From: Candidatus Microgenomates bacterium
Lineage (GTDB): Bacteria; Patescibacteriota; Microgenomatia; Daviesbacterales; UBA10151
Direction of reading: 5' to 3'
NCBI GenBank assembly: GCA_016182045.1
Contig: JACOYE010000007.1
Coordinates: 34,121-98,120, forward strand
Length of the DNA stretch: 64,000 nucleotides
Position numbers and translations under genes: made by a program
The notes under the pieces: generated by a model
What the model was told of the DNA's origin: nothing
What the model saw: only the letters and a program-made list of their open reading frames with translations
Database searches by the model: none
Shown: piece after piece, positions 18,529-28,856 of the stretch
Position numbering within the stretch: position 1 is the first letter of the stretch
Layout of the letters: the number at the start of each line of letters is the position of its first letter

Positions 18529-19521
18529 TCAGGAGAGTTTGCCTGAGCGGGCCAAAGATGCAGCTTTGCATCTTTTATAAAACTCTTCTTGAGCAGCTTT
18601 AATATTTTCTGCTTTCCCTGCCCAAATCTTCATGGGAGCATTTTGTAATCCTCTGGAATAGGAAAAAGTCAATGGCCAGGGGCCGCCTATTTTGTTAATC
18701 TCTAAAAGATTAGCAACAGCAGATTCATCGGATTGTCCACCTGATAAAAATGCAATTCCACCAACCTCTGGCGGAACAGATTGCTTTAAAGCATCCACGC
18801 TCATTTGTGCAACCTTTTTAGAATCAGCCTGAGTAGGACAATCTTTTCCGGACAAAACCATGCTGGGTTTTAAAACCATCCCTTCTAAAGCTACCTTATG
18901 AGCTTTTATCCTTTCAAAAACCATTTTTAAAGTTCTAACTTGAGCTTCAAAACACTGCTCTATGGTGTGATCCCCATCCAATAAAACTTCCGGTTCCACC
19001 ACCGGCACTATATCCTGTTCCTGACATAAAGCTGCATAGCGGGCCAAAACCTCGCTGTTTGCCTCAATGCAGGTATCTGTGGGAATCCCTTCTCCTATTT
19101 GAATAGTGGCCCTGAATTTGGCAAATTTGGCCCCCATCCCTTTATACTCTGTCAATCTGTCTCTTAGTCCATCCAGACCTTCTGCCACCTTTTCATTGGG
19201 AAAGTTTGCTAAATCATGCACCCCCTTATCCACTTTTATCCCCGGGATAATTCCTTTGCTTTCCAAGTATTGGCAGACAGATTTTCCATCAATAGATTGT
19301 CTGATTGTCTCATCAAATAAAATTATTCCCGATAAAAATTCTTCAACTCCAGGGGTAGTAAAAAGCATCTGTCTGTAGGCAAGTATTGACTCCGCTGTAC
19401 ATTCAATCCCTAAAGCATCAAATCTTTTTGTAATGGTTTTAGTTGACTCATCTGCAGCCAAAAGCCCTTTGGGGGGGACCATCATTGCTTGAGCTGTCTG
19501 TTTAAGTGTAGTTATATCCAT
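18529..19521 (-). CDS. fructose-bisphosphate aldolase, class I
   Basis: LLAADES motif and Schiff-base region LEGMVLKPSMV. Confidence 0.85.
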   Translation of the reverse strand: MDITTLKQTAQAMMVPPKGLLAADESTKTITKRFDALGIECTAESILAYRQMLFTTPGVEEFLSGIILFDETIRQSIDGKSVCQYLESKGIIPGIKVDKGVHDLANFPNEKVAEGLDGLRDRLTEYKGMGAKFAKFRATIQIGEGIPTDTCIEANSEVLARYAALCQEQDIVPVVEPEVLLDGDHTIEQCFEAQVRTLKMVFERIKAHKVALEGMVLKPSMVLSGKDCPTQADSKKVAQMSVDALKQSVPPEVGGIAFLSGGQSDESAVANLLEINKIGGPWPLTFSYSRGLQNAPMKIWAGKAENIKAAQEEFYKRCKAASLARSGKLS

Positions 19522-20513
19522 CAGTGATGAACCCGTTTCTCTATCTTCACACCATCATTATCAACTGTCAAGGTTGTTACTTCACTTCCCCCTTCACCCT
19601 TTACCCTTACACCATCCAAATCAAACCACTTATCATCTCCTGTGATAGAAGAGACAGACACCAAACAATTCTCCAATTTACCAGTCACCAAATCATCAAC
19701 ACTCCATATTTTGGTATACCTTTTTTGAATTTGAGCATCTCCTGACCAACCCCTTGCTTCACAAAACCCTCCTATTGCTTTTGCTGCCACCGCTGCTAAA
19801 ATCCCTTCCTCAAATCCCCCACTGCCTATAATAAGATATACACCCTTTTTGTGGGTTGTAGGATCCATGAAAGATAAAATAGATGGCAAAAAATCTCCGG
19901 CTTTAATTAAAATTAAATTCACTCCAAATTTCTCACAAGCATTAATGTAGTGTGCATTTCTATCCCTGTCCATTACTACTACATTAATCTGGTGAGATTG
20001 AATCTTAAATGTGTCCACAACTTCAGCCAAATTTTCCTCAGGAGTTTTACTCATAGACAACTTTCCTTTAAGTTGGGGCGGGCCAAATAATTTATCCATA
20101 TAATCTGTATCATCAGGTGTTCTCATCAAACCTTTATGGGAAGAAACAGCTACAACAGATACAGCTCCGGGAGTGTTTAACTTAGCAGCTTTTGATCCTT
20201 CCACTACATCATTAACCATGTCCAGTTTTTTACTTCCTGATCCAAATGTACCCATCAAGGTAGGTAAAGCTTCACCATATTGGTGAACATGTTTTCTGCC
20301 CTCAGAACCCACTATTTCCAGGGTGAATGGGATATCAGTCAGAGAGGCTGCCATAGCATCTACACCAGCCTGATCTATTAATTTTTCTCTTTTAATAGAT
20401 TCTTCTTCAGTTAAAAGATCATCTGCAGTAAATCCTTGCTGCTGAATTAATCTCCAAACAGATAAAGCAGTCAACTCTGTGGCGCGGGTAATATGGTGTT
20501 TAACAGAATCCAT
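19521..20513 (-). CDS. glpX: fructose-1,6-bisphosphatase class II
   Basis: C-terminal LIKAGD...IIGSGGFEEGILAAVAAKAIGGFCEAR matches GlpX family. Confidence 0.75.
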   Translation of the reverse strand: MDSVKHHITRATELTALSVWRLIQQQGFTADDLLTEEESIKREKLIDQAGVDAMAASLTDIPFTLEIVGSEGRKHVHQYGEALPTLMGTFGSGSKKLDMVNDVVEGSKAAKLNTPGAVSVVAVSSHKGLMRTPDDTDYMDKLFGPPQLKGKLSMSKTPEENLAEVVDTFKIQSHQINVVVMDRDRNAHYINACEKFGVNLILIKAGDFLPSILSFMDPTTHKKGVYLIIGSGGFEEGILAAVAAKAIGGFCEARGWSGDAQIQKRYTKIWSVDDLVTGKLENCLVSVSSITGDDKWFDLDGVRVKGEGGSEVTTLTVDNDGVKIEKRVHH

Positions 20514-20528
20514 GAAGCGAAAATTACA

Positions 20529-21674
20529 CTACCCTACTGGTAAATTTTTGTCAACTAACTCCAAGATCTCTTTTTTAAATCTTTCTTTAGAAAAATTTTG
20601 GGCATTTTTTCGCAAAATTTCTGGATCAAATTTAGATGGATCAAATTTCTGTAAAGCATCCATTAAACTTTCCACAGTCACCATTCCTGAACCACCATAT
20701 AGAATGCCGGTCCTACCATCCACCACTGTTTCCAAAAATCCACCAGCTTTTGGGGCAATCACCAGGGTACCAGCGGCCATTGATTCCACAGGCACAATGC
20801 CAAAGTCTTCATCTTCTGAAGCCACAACGGTAGCTATAGCACCCGAATACAGCTTTGGTAATTCCTCATCACTTACCTGTCCTAAGAGTTCTATATGATT
20901 AAATTTGATATTTGATATTTGATGTTTGATATTGCTAAACTCTGGTCCTGCTCCCACCACTTTAAGTGGCAATCCCAACTTCCCACAGGCCTCAACTATC
21001 ACGCCTATCCCCTTTCCCCTAACTAATCTTCCTACTGAAAGATAGTAACCATCCTTTTTAGTCTTGAGATTTCTCTCCGCCTGACGGCGGATCGGAATGA
21101 CAGGGAGATTAACTGGAGGATAAATTACCACAGAATCTCTTCTATAAAACTTTTTAATTCTTGCCTGCACTTCTTTGGAATTTGCCACCAAAATATCGGG
21201 CCGCTGTGATGTTTCAAAATCATAAACTCGCAAAATTTGATTAGCTATTTCTCCTAAAATTTTGGTAATAGGATTTTTCTTATAACTAAAGGAGGTGGTG
21301 TAACCATATAAATATCTGGGAGGAGTATGTATATAGCTTATATGCAAGCTTTCAGGCTTGGTAATGACAGCTTTGGCAAAATAAATGCTACACGATGAGA
21401 TAACTAAGTCATATTCAGAAAGATCAAAACTTTCAAAGATTAAAGGAGCAAAAATTCTGAATGGGGAGATAAGTTTTGAAGCCAGTGGAATCTTTTGTAG
21501 CCAAGATGTTCTAATATCCCATTGTTTGATTCTTTCTGCATTGGGACCCAACTGATCGGGGTTGTAATAGGCAGTATACAAAGGAGCATTAGGAAAAATC
21601 TCATGGAGCACTTCTAATACACGTTCTGCCCCACCATATTCCCTTAAATAATCATGGACTAAAGCTACTCTCAC
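20529..21674 (-). CDS. glycosyltransferase family 4, carrying in-frame heptamer tandem repeat
   Basis: EDEDFGIVPVESMAAG GT4 motif; ISNIKHQISNIKFNHI encoded by repeat. Confidence 0.8.
   Translation of the reverse strand: MRVALVHDYLREYGGAERVLEVLHEIFPNAPLYTAYYNPDQLGPNAERIKQWDIRTSWLQKIPLASKLISPFRIFAPLIFESFDLSEYDLVISSCSIYFAKAVITKPESLHISYIHTPPRYLYGYTTSFSYKKNPITKILGEIANQILRVYDFETSQRPDILVANSKEVQARIKKFYRRDSVVIYPPVNLPVIPIRRQAERNLKTKKDGYYLSVGRLVRGKGIGVIVEACGKLGLPLKVVGAGPEFSNIKHQISNIKFNHIELLGQVSDEELPKLYSGAIATVVASEDEDFGIVPVESMAAGTLVIAPKAGGFLETVVDGRTGILYGGSGMVTVESLMDALQKFDPSKFDPEILRKNAQNFSKERFKKEILELVDKNLPVG
20893..20925. repeat. tandem heptanucleotide repeat (ATTTGAT)n inside glycosyltransferase gene
   Basis: atttgatatttgatatttgatgtttgatatt. 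Confidence 0.8.
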
Positions 21675-21692
21675 TAGCCCATTGTAGCAGAA

Positions 21693-21896
21693 TTAATCAC
21701 TCTTTTTCCCCATTTGTTTTTGAAGCATCTCCAGAGCGTTTTTCTTGGCATCCTCCTCAGTCATACCTTGAGATTCAGCCGCAGCTTTAAAGGTCTTATT
21801 GGTAATGGATTTGCCGTTTGGATCAACTCCGGCATTTCCTTGTCCCATATCATCATCCGGCATACCACAACCACAGTTATAACACATCGCTGTCAC
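21693..21896 (-). CDS. small Cys-rich hypothetical protein
   Basis: 67 aa, N-terminal CYNCGCGMPDDDMG cluster. Confidence 0.35.
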   Translation of the reverse strand: MTAMCYNCGCGMPDDDMGQGNAGVDPNGKSITNKTFKAAAESQGMTEEDAKKNALEMLQKQMGKKSD

Positions 21897-21919
21897 CTCC
21901 TTACTTTAATATAACAGAT

Positions 21920-22900
21920 TTAGGGGGATAAAAGATCTATTATTCTTGCAAGAAGCGATTGGGTCTCTTCCAACAAGATCCCTGTTTCTGCTGAGACATA
22001 TCCTGTTAGATTGGTACTGACCGGGATAAAACCTAACAACTTAAGGTGTTTTTTGGCTGGGATTTTATAGACTATCTGATCATTTCTTTCTTCCAGACTA
22101 ATTTCACTTTCCAGAATAGTCAACTCAGCTGACTCAGTTGCCTCTGGTTCTTCAGTAGGTGAGGCAGAAGGAGAAGCAGAAGCTGTTCCTTCAGGTGTGG
22201 GTGAGGCTGAAGGGCTACTCTCAGGAGTGGCAGAAGGTGTAGCATCCTGGAAAAACTTAGGCCCCAAGCCTTTTTTAAGATGAGCTCTTAACATATTCTG
22301 CACAGCATGGGCAGGCAAAACTGTTAATACTCTCTCTACTCCACCCTTAGTCATGATCAACTGATTGGTGGAAAGATCAATTCTTAAGGGAAATTTGGAA
22401 ATAGCTCTCAGTTCCTGCACCAGTTCAGGTTCTTCTGCAGATTCCGTGGCCTCATCTTCTACTTCATCTTCTTCGACTTCATCCTCTTCCTCTATTTCAG
22501 TTTTAATGATAAACTCATTCCCTTTTTGCTCAAATCTGGTTTTGGTATTACCTTGATAAACATCTATTCTTGTTCTATCTTCCCTAATTTCAGTCTTGAT
22601 CCGCTCGTCGGAAGTCCTGACTTCATGCCTGATTCTGTTCTCCTGAGAGCTACCCCTATTGGAATTATCATCCCTTTTCTCTTCTCTGTCTTTAGAAGAT
22701 CCTGATTTACCTGAATTTTCTGAATCACCTTTGGAAATTAAAATACCTGCCACCGCTCCTTCATCATACCTGACGCTAGTCTGGACATTACCCACTACCA
22801 CCAACCCCACAGCCACTAAGACAACTATGATAATGGGGATATGAACAATTCCCTTCTGACCCATAACTTTATGATAGTGATATAAAATGAATTTTGTCAA
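21920..22900 (-). CDS. hypothetical secreted protein with acidic (E/D) and PT/S-rich repeats
   Basis: N-terminal TM/signal, EEEDEVEEDEVEDE and SPSASPTPEG low-complexity. Confidence 0.4.
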   Translation of the reverse strand: MTKFILYHYHKVMGQKGIVHIPIIIVVLVAVGLVVVGNVQTSVRYDEGAVAGILISKGDSENSGKSGSSKDREEKRDDNSNRGSSQENRIRHEVRTSDERIKTEIREDRTRIDVYQGNTKTRFEQKGNEFIIKTEIEEEDEVEEDEVEDEATESAEEPELVQELRAISKFPLRIDLSTNQLIMTKGGVERVLTVLPAHAVQNMLRAHLKKGLGPKFFQDATPSATPESSPSASPTPEGTASASPSASPTEEPEATESAELTILESEISLEERNDQIVYKIPAKKHLKLLGFIPVSTNLTGYVSAETGILLEETQSLLARIIDLLSP

Positions 22901-23956
22901 CTAGAGGAAATTGAGAGTCTTATATAAAAAACCATATAATTTAAAAAGCTCCTTAATGTTTTGCCAGCTCAAGGGTCTCTTTGGTTGAACATGTTCGAAA
23001 AGATTGGTTAGGATAAATGCTCCAATTTGTTGTTTTGGCAAGGCCTGAGATAATTTGACAGATTCAACATAAGGCACATAATTATCTGACATATCATGCA
23101 GGATAAATAATTTGCCTTTAAAATCTGGTAAATGCTTTTGGGGATTATATCTTTGCAAAGCCTCTTTTTCTATTGATGGTAGATTGCTAAAAATATCTTT
23201 TATTTTGTTTTCATCATCAATCTCAAATATTTGCGAAGCCTGAGTGGCATGTTTTACTTCCAATAGTGTCTTGGTATGATTTCTGGCATCATCTGCCACC
23301 TTCCACTCTATCCTCTTACCATCCCTCTGATAAGTTTTGGTAGTCAAAGATAGAAGATAATCAAAAATATTAAACTGTCCCCCAAAAAAGACCAGAGCAT
23401 GTACTTTATCAGAAATTTCAGGCTGTGATGCAGCTACCAAAGCTGTGGATGAACCTACAGAAAATCCCACAAACGTTATTCTTTCAGAATCCGTTTGTGG
23501 TAAACCGGCAACATACTTAAAGCTTTCTAAAAAAGTCTCAGGTTCTTCAGGGAGAGATTGTCCTTTATCTAAAACCTCAAGACGTGGCCATAAAACCACA
23601 TAGCCTAATCTGGCCATAGTCTCACCAAAATGCCAAATGAGTGGTTTGTCATCTTCAGAAGTTTTAACTCCCATGGCCAGGATTACTGCTGGTTGGGGTT
23701 GTTGGGGCTTTTGGGGAATATACAGATCAGCCACCACCTTACCTCCGCCAGCTGGCGGATCAAATTCCACCCACTCATGTTGCGGGGACTGAGTGATAAG
23801 CCCTAATGGTTTAACAGGAATCTGAGGGAACTCCTCTGTAATAAAAAGAATGATTTTAAGATGAGTTAAGAGTTGTTTTTGAAAAATTACCACCAAAGCA
23901 AGTATTACCAAAAAAATAATAAGCAGTTTTTTCCTATTAGTTAAACTTTTCGCCAT
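22901..23956 (-). CDS. alpha/beta hydrolase (dienelactone-hydrolase-like), membrane anchored
   Basis: GFSVGSS nucleophile elbow. Confidence 0.55.
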   Translation of the reverse strand: MAKSLTNRKKLLIIFLVILALVVIFQKQLLTHLKIILFITEEFPQIPVKPLGLITQSPQHEWVEFDPPAGGGKVVADLYIPQKPQQPQPAVILAMGVKTSEDDKPLIWHFGETMARLGYVVLWPRLEVLDKGQSLPEEPETFLESFKYVAGLPQTDSERITFVGFSVGSSTALVAASQPEISDKVHALVFFGGQFNIFDYLLSLTTKTYQRDGKRIEWKVADDARNHTKTLLEVKHATQASQIFEIDDENKIKDIFSNLPSIEKEALQRYNPQKHLPDFKGKLFILHDMSDNYVPYVESVKLSQALPKQQIGAFILTNLFEHVQPKRPLSWQNIKELFKLYGFLYKTLNFL

Positions 23957-24486
23957 CTTTTAAAGTAAAGATAAATTAGACCATAAATCACAGTTCCCAA
24001 AAGCCCCACCATTAAATCATTAACAGTATCAAAAAGCCCCCGGACATTATGAGTTCCCAAAAACACATCCGTATAATATTCCTGAGCTTCCAAAAGCATA
24101 TGGATGATGTTGGCAAGACCCACTCCACCCCAAAAGCTCATGCTAAAAGCTCCCAAAAATACTGAAGCTATGGCTGCTGTACCGTGAAAGTGAGGAATTA
24201 AATCAAAATAAAAATATGGATCATATAAATTAAAGGAGTTTCCTGCCATATCAAGCCAGAAAATGGAAAGGTAAAGATTATCCATCCAAAAGGGGTAATG
24301 TTTCCACTTCTTGCGGATAAAATAATAAAATGGAAAAAGCAAACTTAAGGAAATTACAATAACTATATTTCTGATGGGAATGGCTTTACCGGCAAATCTT
24401 GGATCATCCGGAAAAAGCAAGACCTCACCTAAAAAATAAAAGATAGAAAGCCTGATAAGAATATTTAAAATCAATCCCCAATTCAT
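23941..24486 (-). CDS. hypothetical membrane protein
   Basis: 181 aa, multi-TM. Confidence 0.4.
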   Translation of the reverse strand: MNWGLILNILIRLSIFYFLGEVLLFPDDPRFAGKAIPIRNIVIVISLSLLFPFYYFIRKKWKHYPFWMDNLYLSIFWLDMAGNSFNLYDPYFYFDLIPHFHGTAAIASVFLGAFSMSFWGGVGLANIIHMLLEAQEYYTDVFLGTHNVRGLFDTVNDLMVGLLGTVIYGLIYLYFKRWRKV

Positions 24487-24498
24487 GAATTAAGTATA

Positions 24499-24720
24499 CT
24501 ACTTCACTGCTTTGATGAAATCTTCTAAAGAAATACTGGCCTTTTTAATCTGAGATCTTAGTAGAAACGGAGCTACTTCTTTATGAAGTGGAATAGATAA
24601 GGAAGGAGAATTTGGTTTCTGTAAGATAGCATGGTCACCAGAGGTATGGACATGTTGGTAGCCAAATTTCAAAAATGCTTTAACAGCTTTTCTGCCGGAA
24701 ATATTAGTTAATTTAGGCAT
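24499..24720 (-). CDS. hicA: HicA family toxin
   Basis: 73 aa, KAVKAFLKFGYQHVHTSGDHAIL HicA pattern. Confidence 0.8.
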   Translation of the reverse strand: MPKLTNISGRKAVKAFLKFGYQHVHTSGDHAILQKPNSPSLSIPLHKEVAPFLLRSQIKKASISLEDFIKAVK

Positions 24721-24955
24721 TTAATACCGGGATTGGGGTATCAACAGACCTTCTGGTAAATTCAGCATTCTTGTCTTTGTTTATGTTTATAGCCTCCATA
24801 TAAGCCTTAATAGCTTTTTCAGCATTTTCTAAAGCCTCTTTCTTAGTCTTGCCTTGAGACATACAACCATATAAATTCACTACATCAGCCACATAGCCTT
24901 TGTAGGCTTTATCATAGGTTAATTTGATAATGTAATCTAATTTCTTTTGTATCAT
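24713..24955 (-). CDS. hicB: HicB family antitoxin
   Basis: 80 aa, overlaps hicA, UPF0150-like. Confidence 0.7.
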   Translation of the reverse strand: MIQKKLDYIIKLTYDKAYKGYVADVVNLYGCMSQGKTKKEALENAEKAIKAYMEAININKDKNAEFTRRSVDTPIPVLNA

Positions 24956-25000
24956 ACAAAAATTTTATCATTACCTGGTTAAAAATGCTATACTTTATTA

Positions 25001-25612
25001 ATGAATCAAAGAGGTCAAACACAGGTTTTAATTTTAGCTGGAATAGTTATACTAGTTGCAATAGCTGGTGGGATATTTTGGCTGGGTAGAGAAACCCTTC
25101 CTCGTCAAGACTCGTCAGGGCAAGCTGTACCTGAGTCCCAAGCTCCAGTGACCACTCCCCAACCATCTCCTACAGATGAAACTGCCAACCCCGATTCAAT
25201 CGGGGCCAACTGGAAAACATATACAAATAATGAATTTAGCTTCGTTATTAAACATCCTTCAGTTTTAGTGATGGAAGAAAAGGATCAATCAAATATTTCT
25301 TTAGTGGATAAATCGAAAGACCTAGCAGCAGAGGGTGCAAGTCCAATCTACCCTTCTATTTTTATCAATATTGAGAGTAGTAGTTTAGCAGTTGATGAAT
25401 TTATAAAAAGTGAGTCTTTAATTGTGGGAGAAAAAAAGTTATTTGGTCAAAATGAATTTACTACAGCATATAGTGAAATAGGAGGTAGGCCACATGCTTA
25501 CTTCATAAAAAAAGATCCAACAATAATTTCTATTACTGATCAACTGGGCCATTTTGATACAGAACAATACCAATTTAACCAAATCCTTTCCACCTTTAAA
25601 TTCATTGATTAA
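25001..25612 (+). CDS. hypothetical secreted protein
   Basis: N-terminal TM then P/S/T-rich linker. Confidence 0.4.
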   Translation: MNQRGQTQVLILAGIVILVAIAGGIFWLGRETLPRQDSSGQAVPESQAPVTTPQPSPTDETANPDSIGANWKTYTNNEFSFVIKHPSVLVMEEKDQSNISLVDKSKDLAAEGASPIYPSIFINIESSSLAVDEFIKSESLIVGEKKLFGQNEFTTAYSEIGGRPHAYFIKKDPTIISITDQLGHFDTEQYQFNQILSTFKFID

Positions 25613-25676
25613 GTTTTCCAAGTACCAAATTACAAGTATTCCAAATAATAATCAATCACCAAATTCTAATTGGTAC

Positions 25677-26519
25677 TTATATACTCTTTGCGACTTCTAT
25701 TAACTGTTCAAATGTCAGTCTGGTGAGTTTTGCGTCCGGGGCAGAAGAGGATCCACATAACACCATATGATGGGACTGATGCAAAAACCAGTCAGCCTGA
25801 GGATCCAATTCCTTGACTTTGTCATAAATAGGACTCAAATCCAGAGTTTGGGAGGGGGTAAAGTATTGCACCCCATGATATTTTGGACTTACTAATATAA
25901 ACAGATCCCCACCCATTCTTTTGCAAAAAGGTCTATCAATGGTATTTGATTTTACAGCCACTGTTTTTCCAAACCCGGTTTCAAATTCCACTCTCCCCTG
26001 CCAGTCTAATAAAGATTGCTGTTTCCTTTTTAAAACTGCTAAAATCCTGTTTAAAATCCGATCTCCCAGCTCAAGACAGCTTTTGGAGCTTTCTTTGGAA
26101 CTGTCTTTACATCTGATAAAGGCCGGCACAGAAAACTCATCATAAGCCTCAATGGAAATAGTACCCATGTCAATTTTTTTATTCCAATCAACCATTTCTT
26201 CCAAAGCTTTGACAGATATTTCATCTTTTGGCAGCAACTTTTCTTTCTTCAAATAATCAAAAACCAAAGACCCTGCACAGGTTGCCAAACCCTCTTTATG
26301 CTCATCAAACTTTCCTCCCCCAGTGCCCACAAATACCCGTTCTTCACTCTCCTGATCAGCCATTTCATGATTGGCTGAGATAAAATCTATCTTTGCATCT
26401 TTGTATTTAGGGTCAAATTTTTTAAGTAACCAGATGGCAAAAATATCATCTAAATGTGGGTTAATGTGTGTAACCAATGTCTTTGTCGTATGGTTTACCA
26501 TAGGCAATAAGTATACCAT
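25677..26519 (-). CDS. MYG1/UPF0160-like metal-dependent hydrolase
   Basis: N-terminal H..D and GTGGGKFDEHK motif. Confidence 0.45.
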   Translation of the reverse strand: MVYLLPMVNHTTKTLVTHINPHLDDIFAIWLLKKFDPKYKDAKIDFISANHEMADQESEERVFVGTGGGKFDEHKEGLATCAGSLVFDYLKKEKLLPKDEISVKALEEMVDWNKKIDMGTISIEAYDEFSVPAFIRCKDSSKESSKSCLELGDRILNRILAVLKRKQQSLLDWQGRVEFETGFGKTVAVKSNTIDRPFCKRMGGDLFILVSPKYHGVQYFTPSQTLDLSPIYDKVKELDPQADWFLHQSHHMVLCGSSSAPDAKLTRLTFEQLIEVAKSI

Positions 26520-26617
26520 CGGTAGCTTGAATCCACAAATTTATTCCAAACATTGGACGATCGTTTAAGTTATGGCATGTTGGGTTTGGTTTGGGTGGGG
26601 TATGATAAGATGGTATC

Positions 26618-27559
26618 ATGACCGTTGTAAAAAAACTGATCTTTGCCCCCCTTTTTATTATTTCTTTTGCCATTCTAATCTGGCAATTGCCCAGTTTTCT
26701 CAACTCCTATGACTTACTCTTATCATTTTCACTAAATACCCTCTTACAGCTTCTCACCTTATCTTCTCTGATTTTATTAACAGCCATGTTATTTGTTCTT
26801 TTTGCCTCCTTGGCCTTTGACTGGAAATTTGTCATACCGGTGGGACTGATAACATCTCCCATCCCCATGCTTTTCCTACCACCAGATTTGGCTATTATTT
26901 TGGGAGTGGCAATGCTTGCCTCCCTACTGATTATTTATGTCTCATTGGAAAATACCCTAAATTCCTATGTTAATTTTGAACCAAGCGCCCTTTTTGGACC
27001 CTCCATCAGGCATTTATCTACCTTATTAATATTAATTCTCTGCCTTATCTACTTTTTATCAGTTAACCAGAAGGTCCAAAAAGAAGGTTTTCAGATCCCC
27101 GATGCCTTAATAGATGAGGCCTTAAAATTTGTCCCCCAGAAGGAGCTGCAGACTCCCCAAACCCAGCAAACTTCCACCACCGAAGCCTCCATTACACCAG
27201 AGCAACTGGAGCTTCTTAAGAAGAATCCAGATCTTTTAAGACAATACGGATTGGATCCTAAGATTTTAGATACCATTAACCTACCCCAATCTACTCAGGA
27301 AAATACCCAACCACAACCAGTTTTAAATGAAACCATTAAACAAGCGGTTAAAGATCAACTACAAACCATCATTGATCCCTATATAAACTTTATTCCGGCA
27401 GTCTTGGCCGTATTACTATTTTTTGTACTAATATCTATTACTTCCTTTTTAACCATTTTTATCTATCCACTGCTTTGGATATTATTTAAAATTCTGGAAA
27501 GAACAGGATTTATCAAGTTCACAACTGAAATGAGGTCGGTTAAAAAAATGGTATTTTAA
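26618..27559 (+). CDS. hypothetical membrane protein with T/Q-rich segment
   Basis: 313 aa, multiple TM helices. Confidence 0.45.
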   Translation: MTVVKKLIFAPLFIISFAILIWQLPSFLNSYDLLLSFSLNTLLQLLTLSSLILLTAMLFVLFASLAFDWKFVIPVGLITSPIPMLFLPPDLAIILGVAMLASLLIIYVSLENTLNSYVNFEPSALFGPSIRHLSTLLILILCLIYFLSVNQKVQKEGFQIPDALIDEALKFVPQKELQTPQTQQTSTTEASITPEQLELLKKNPDLLRQYGLDPKILDTINLPQSTQENTQPQPVLNETIKQAVKDQLQTIIDPYINFIPAVLAVLLFFVLISITSFLTIFIYPLLWILFKILERTGFIKFTTEMRSVKKMVF

Positions 27560-27936
27560 ATCAATTTTAAACCTTTTATTCCTTTAAAATCTTTTTTATT
27601 TAAGGTAAAAATAGAGGCTTTATTTAAAATAGCTGTGGCAGCAATAGCTGCATCTGGAAATCCTAATGATCGACCTAAATCTCTGATTATCTTTCCTGCC
27701 AATTGAGCTATCTCATAAGTATAAGGTAAAATCTCCATTCCGCTAATAAGCTCTAAGAATAATTGTTCTTTGGTAAGTTCTCTGCTACTTTTTCCTGAGT
27801 ATAATTCTTGAATTGTGAGTATTGAAATTGCTAATGTCTTCTGAGGATATAATTTGATAAATTCTGCCAATGGTGAGTTAGTCTGTTCTGGTCTTCTTAA
27901 GAAGTCAATTAATATACTCGTATCTAAAATTACCAT
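27556..27936 (-). CDS. vapC: PIN-domain toxin VapC
   Basis: MVILDTSILIDF N-terminus. Confidence 0.8.
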   Translation of the reverse strand: MVILDTSILIDFLRRPEQTNSPLAEFIKLYPQKTLAISILTIQELYSGKSSRELTKEQLFLELISGMEILPYTYEIAQLAGKIIRDLGRSLGFPDAAIAATAILNKASIFTLNKKDFKGIKGLKLI

Positions 27937-28193
27937 GCTTTTCTCATCTTTTTAGCAGCTGCAATCTCTAATTTTCTCCTTTTTTGATAATCCTCCCAAT
28001 CCGTACCGCCAGCCCAGGCACCTCTGGTTTCTTCTAAAATTTCAAGCAATGTTTTCTTTTTTTCTAATTTTAAAGTGGCACCATTTTTTGATTTTTTAAC
28101 CTCCAGTTTTTGTCCAGGTTTAAACCCCAGCTTTTTAGGCAGGGTTACTACAGTAGAAGAACCGAGTTGAAAGACAGAAACAATATTACTCAT
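27930..28193 (-). CDS. vapB: AbrB/MazE-type antitoxin VapB
   Basis: swapped-hairpin VSVFQLGSSTVVTLPKKLG. Confidence 0.7.
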   Translation of the reverse strand: MSNIVSVFQLGSSTVVTLPKKLGFKPGQKLEVKKSKNGATLKLEKKKTLLEILEETRGAWAGGTDWEDYQKRRKLEIAAAKKMRKAW

Positions 28194-28275
28194 ATATATA
28201 ATTTTCTCATTTCATATATATGATGTCAAGTGATTAGCTTGATTTCTCCCCAATTGGGGCCGACTTTTAGATCAA

Positions 28276-28506
28276 CTATTGCCAGTTAAAAACAGGCACT
28301 TCAAGGGTATTGAGAGGATTTTTGGCTTTATTTTTAACTAAATCATCAAGTTTTTTAGAAACTTCAGCTGAATAATATCTTTCTCCACACTGAATACAAA
28401 TCTCTACAGGAACATCTTGGATCACAAAAAGCTTGTTGCCCCACCTGAAGTCAACATCCACATTTTTTATTTCAGTTTTACCTTGACAAAAATAGCATTT
28501 AAACAC
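28276..28506 (-). CDS. YgiT-type zinc-finger protein (putative antitoxin)
   Basis: CxxC...CxxCGERYY pattern. Confidence 0.6.
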   Translation of the reverse strand: MFKCYFCQGKTEIKNVDVDFRWGNKLFVIQDVPVEICIQCGERYYSAEVSKKLDDLVKNKAKNPLNTLEVPVFNWQ

Positions 28507-28807
28507 GGCTTTTTATCTCCTTTGCTCTTGTTTTCCAATTTATCCAAGTTGGCTTCTTTGGTCTATAATTGGTGACAATTAATAACCTTTTATTTCTAAA
28601 TCCACAGACCACATGCAATTTTTTGCTTCCTACTAGACAACTTCCACCTCTTAGATCTTCCGGATACTTTTCAATTATAGCACCTTTTAAAAGTGTTTTC
28701 TCTATCTCATCAGTTGTAGTTTGTTCTTCTTGTCTTTCCTTGTGAGTATGCTCAGAAAGGTCATATTCCCCGGCTCTAACTTTCTTTCTAATAGTTTTAA
28801 TATCCAT
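28499..28807 (-). CDS. DUF4258 domain protein (putative toxin)
   Basis: EKYPEDLRGGSCLVGSKKLHVVCGF pattern. Confidence 0.6.
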   Translation of the reverse strand: MDIKTIRKKVRAGEYDLSEHTHKERQEEQTTTDEIEKTLLKGAIIEKYPEDLRGGSCLVGSKKLHVVCGFRNKRLLIVTNYRPKKPTWINWKTRAKEIKSRV

Positions 28808-28856
28808 CTACCTTAGTTTAGCATGAACAAAATATTTCCGATTGGAAACTTTTTGT

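Noticed and set aside
26461-26703. 80-aa minus ORF overlapping the end of the MYG1-like gene and the start of a plus-strand membrane protein gene
   Set aside because: Bridges two better-supported genes in the promoter region; no motif.
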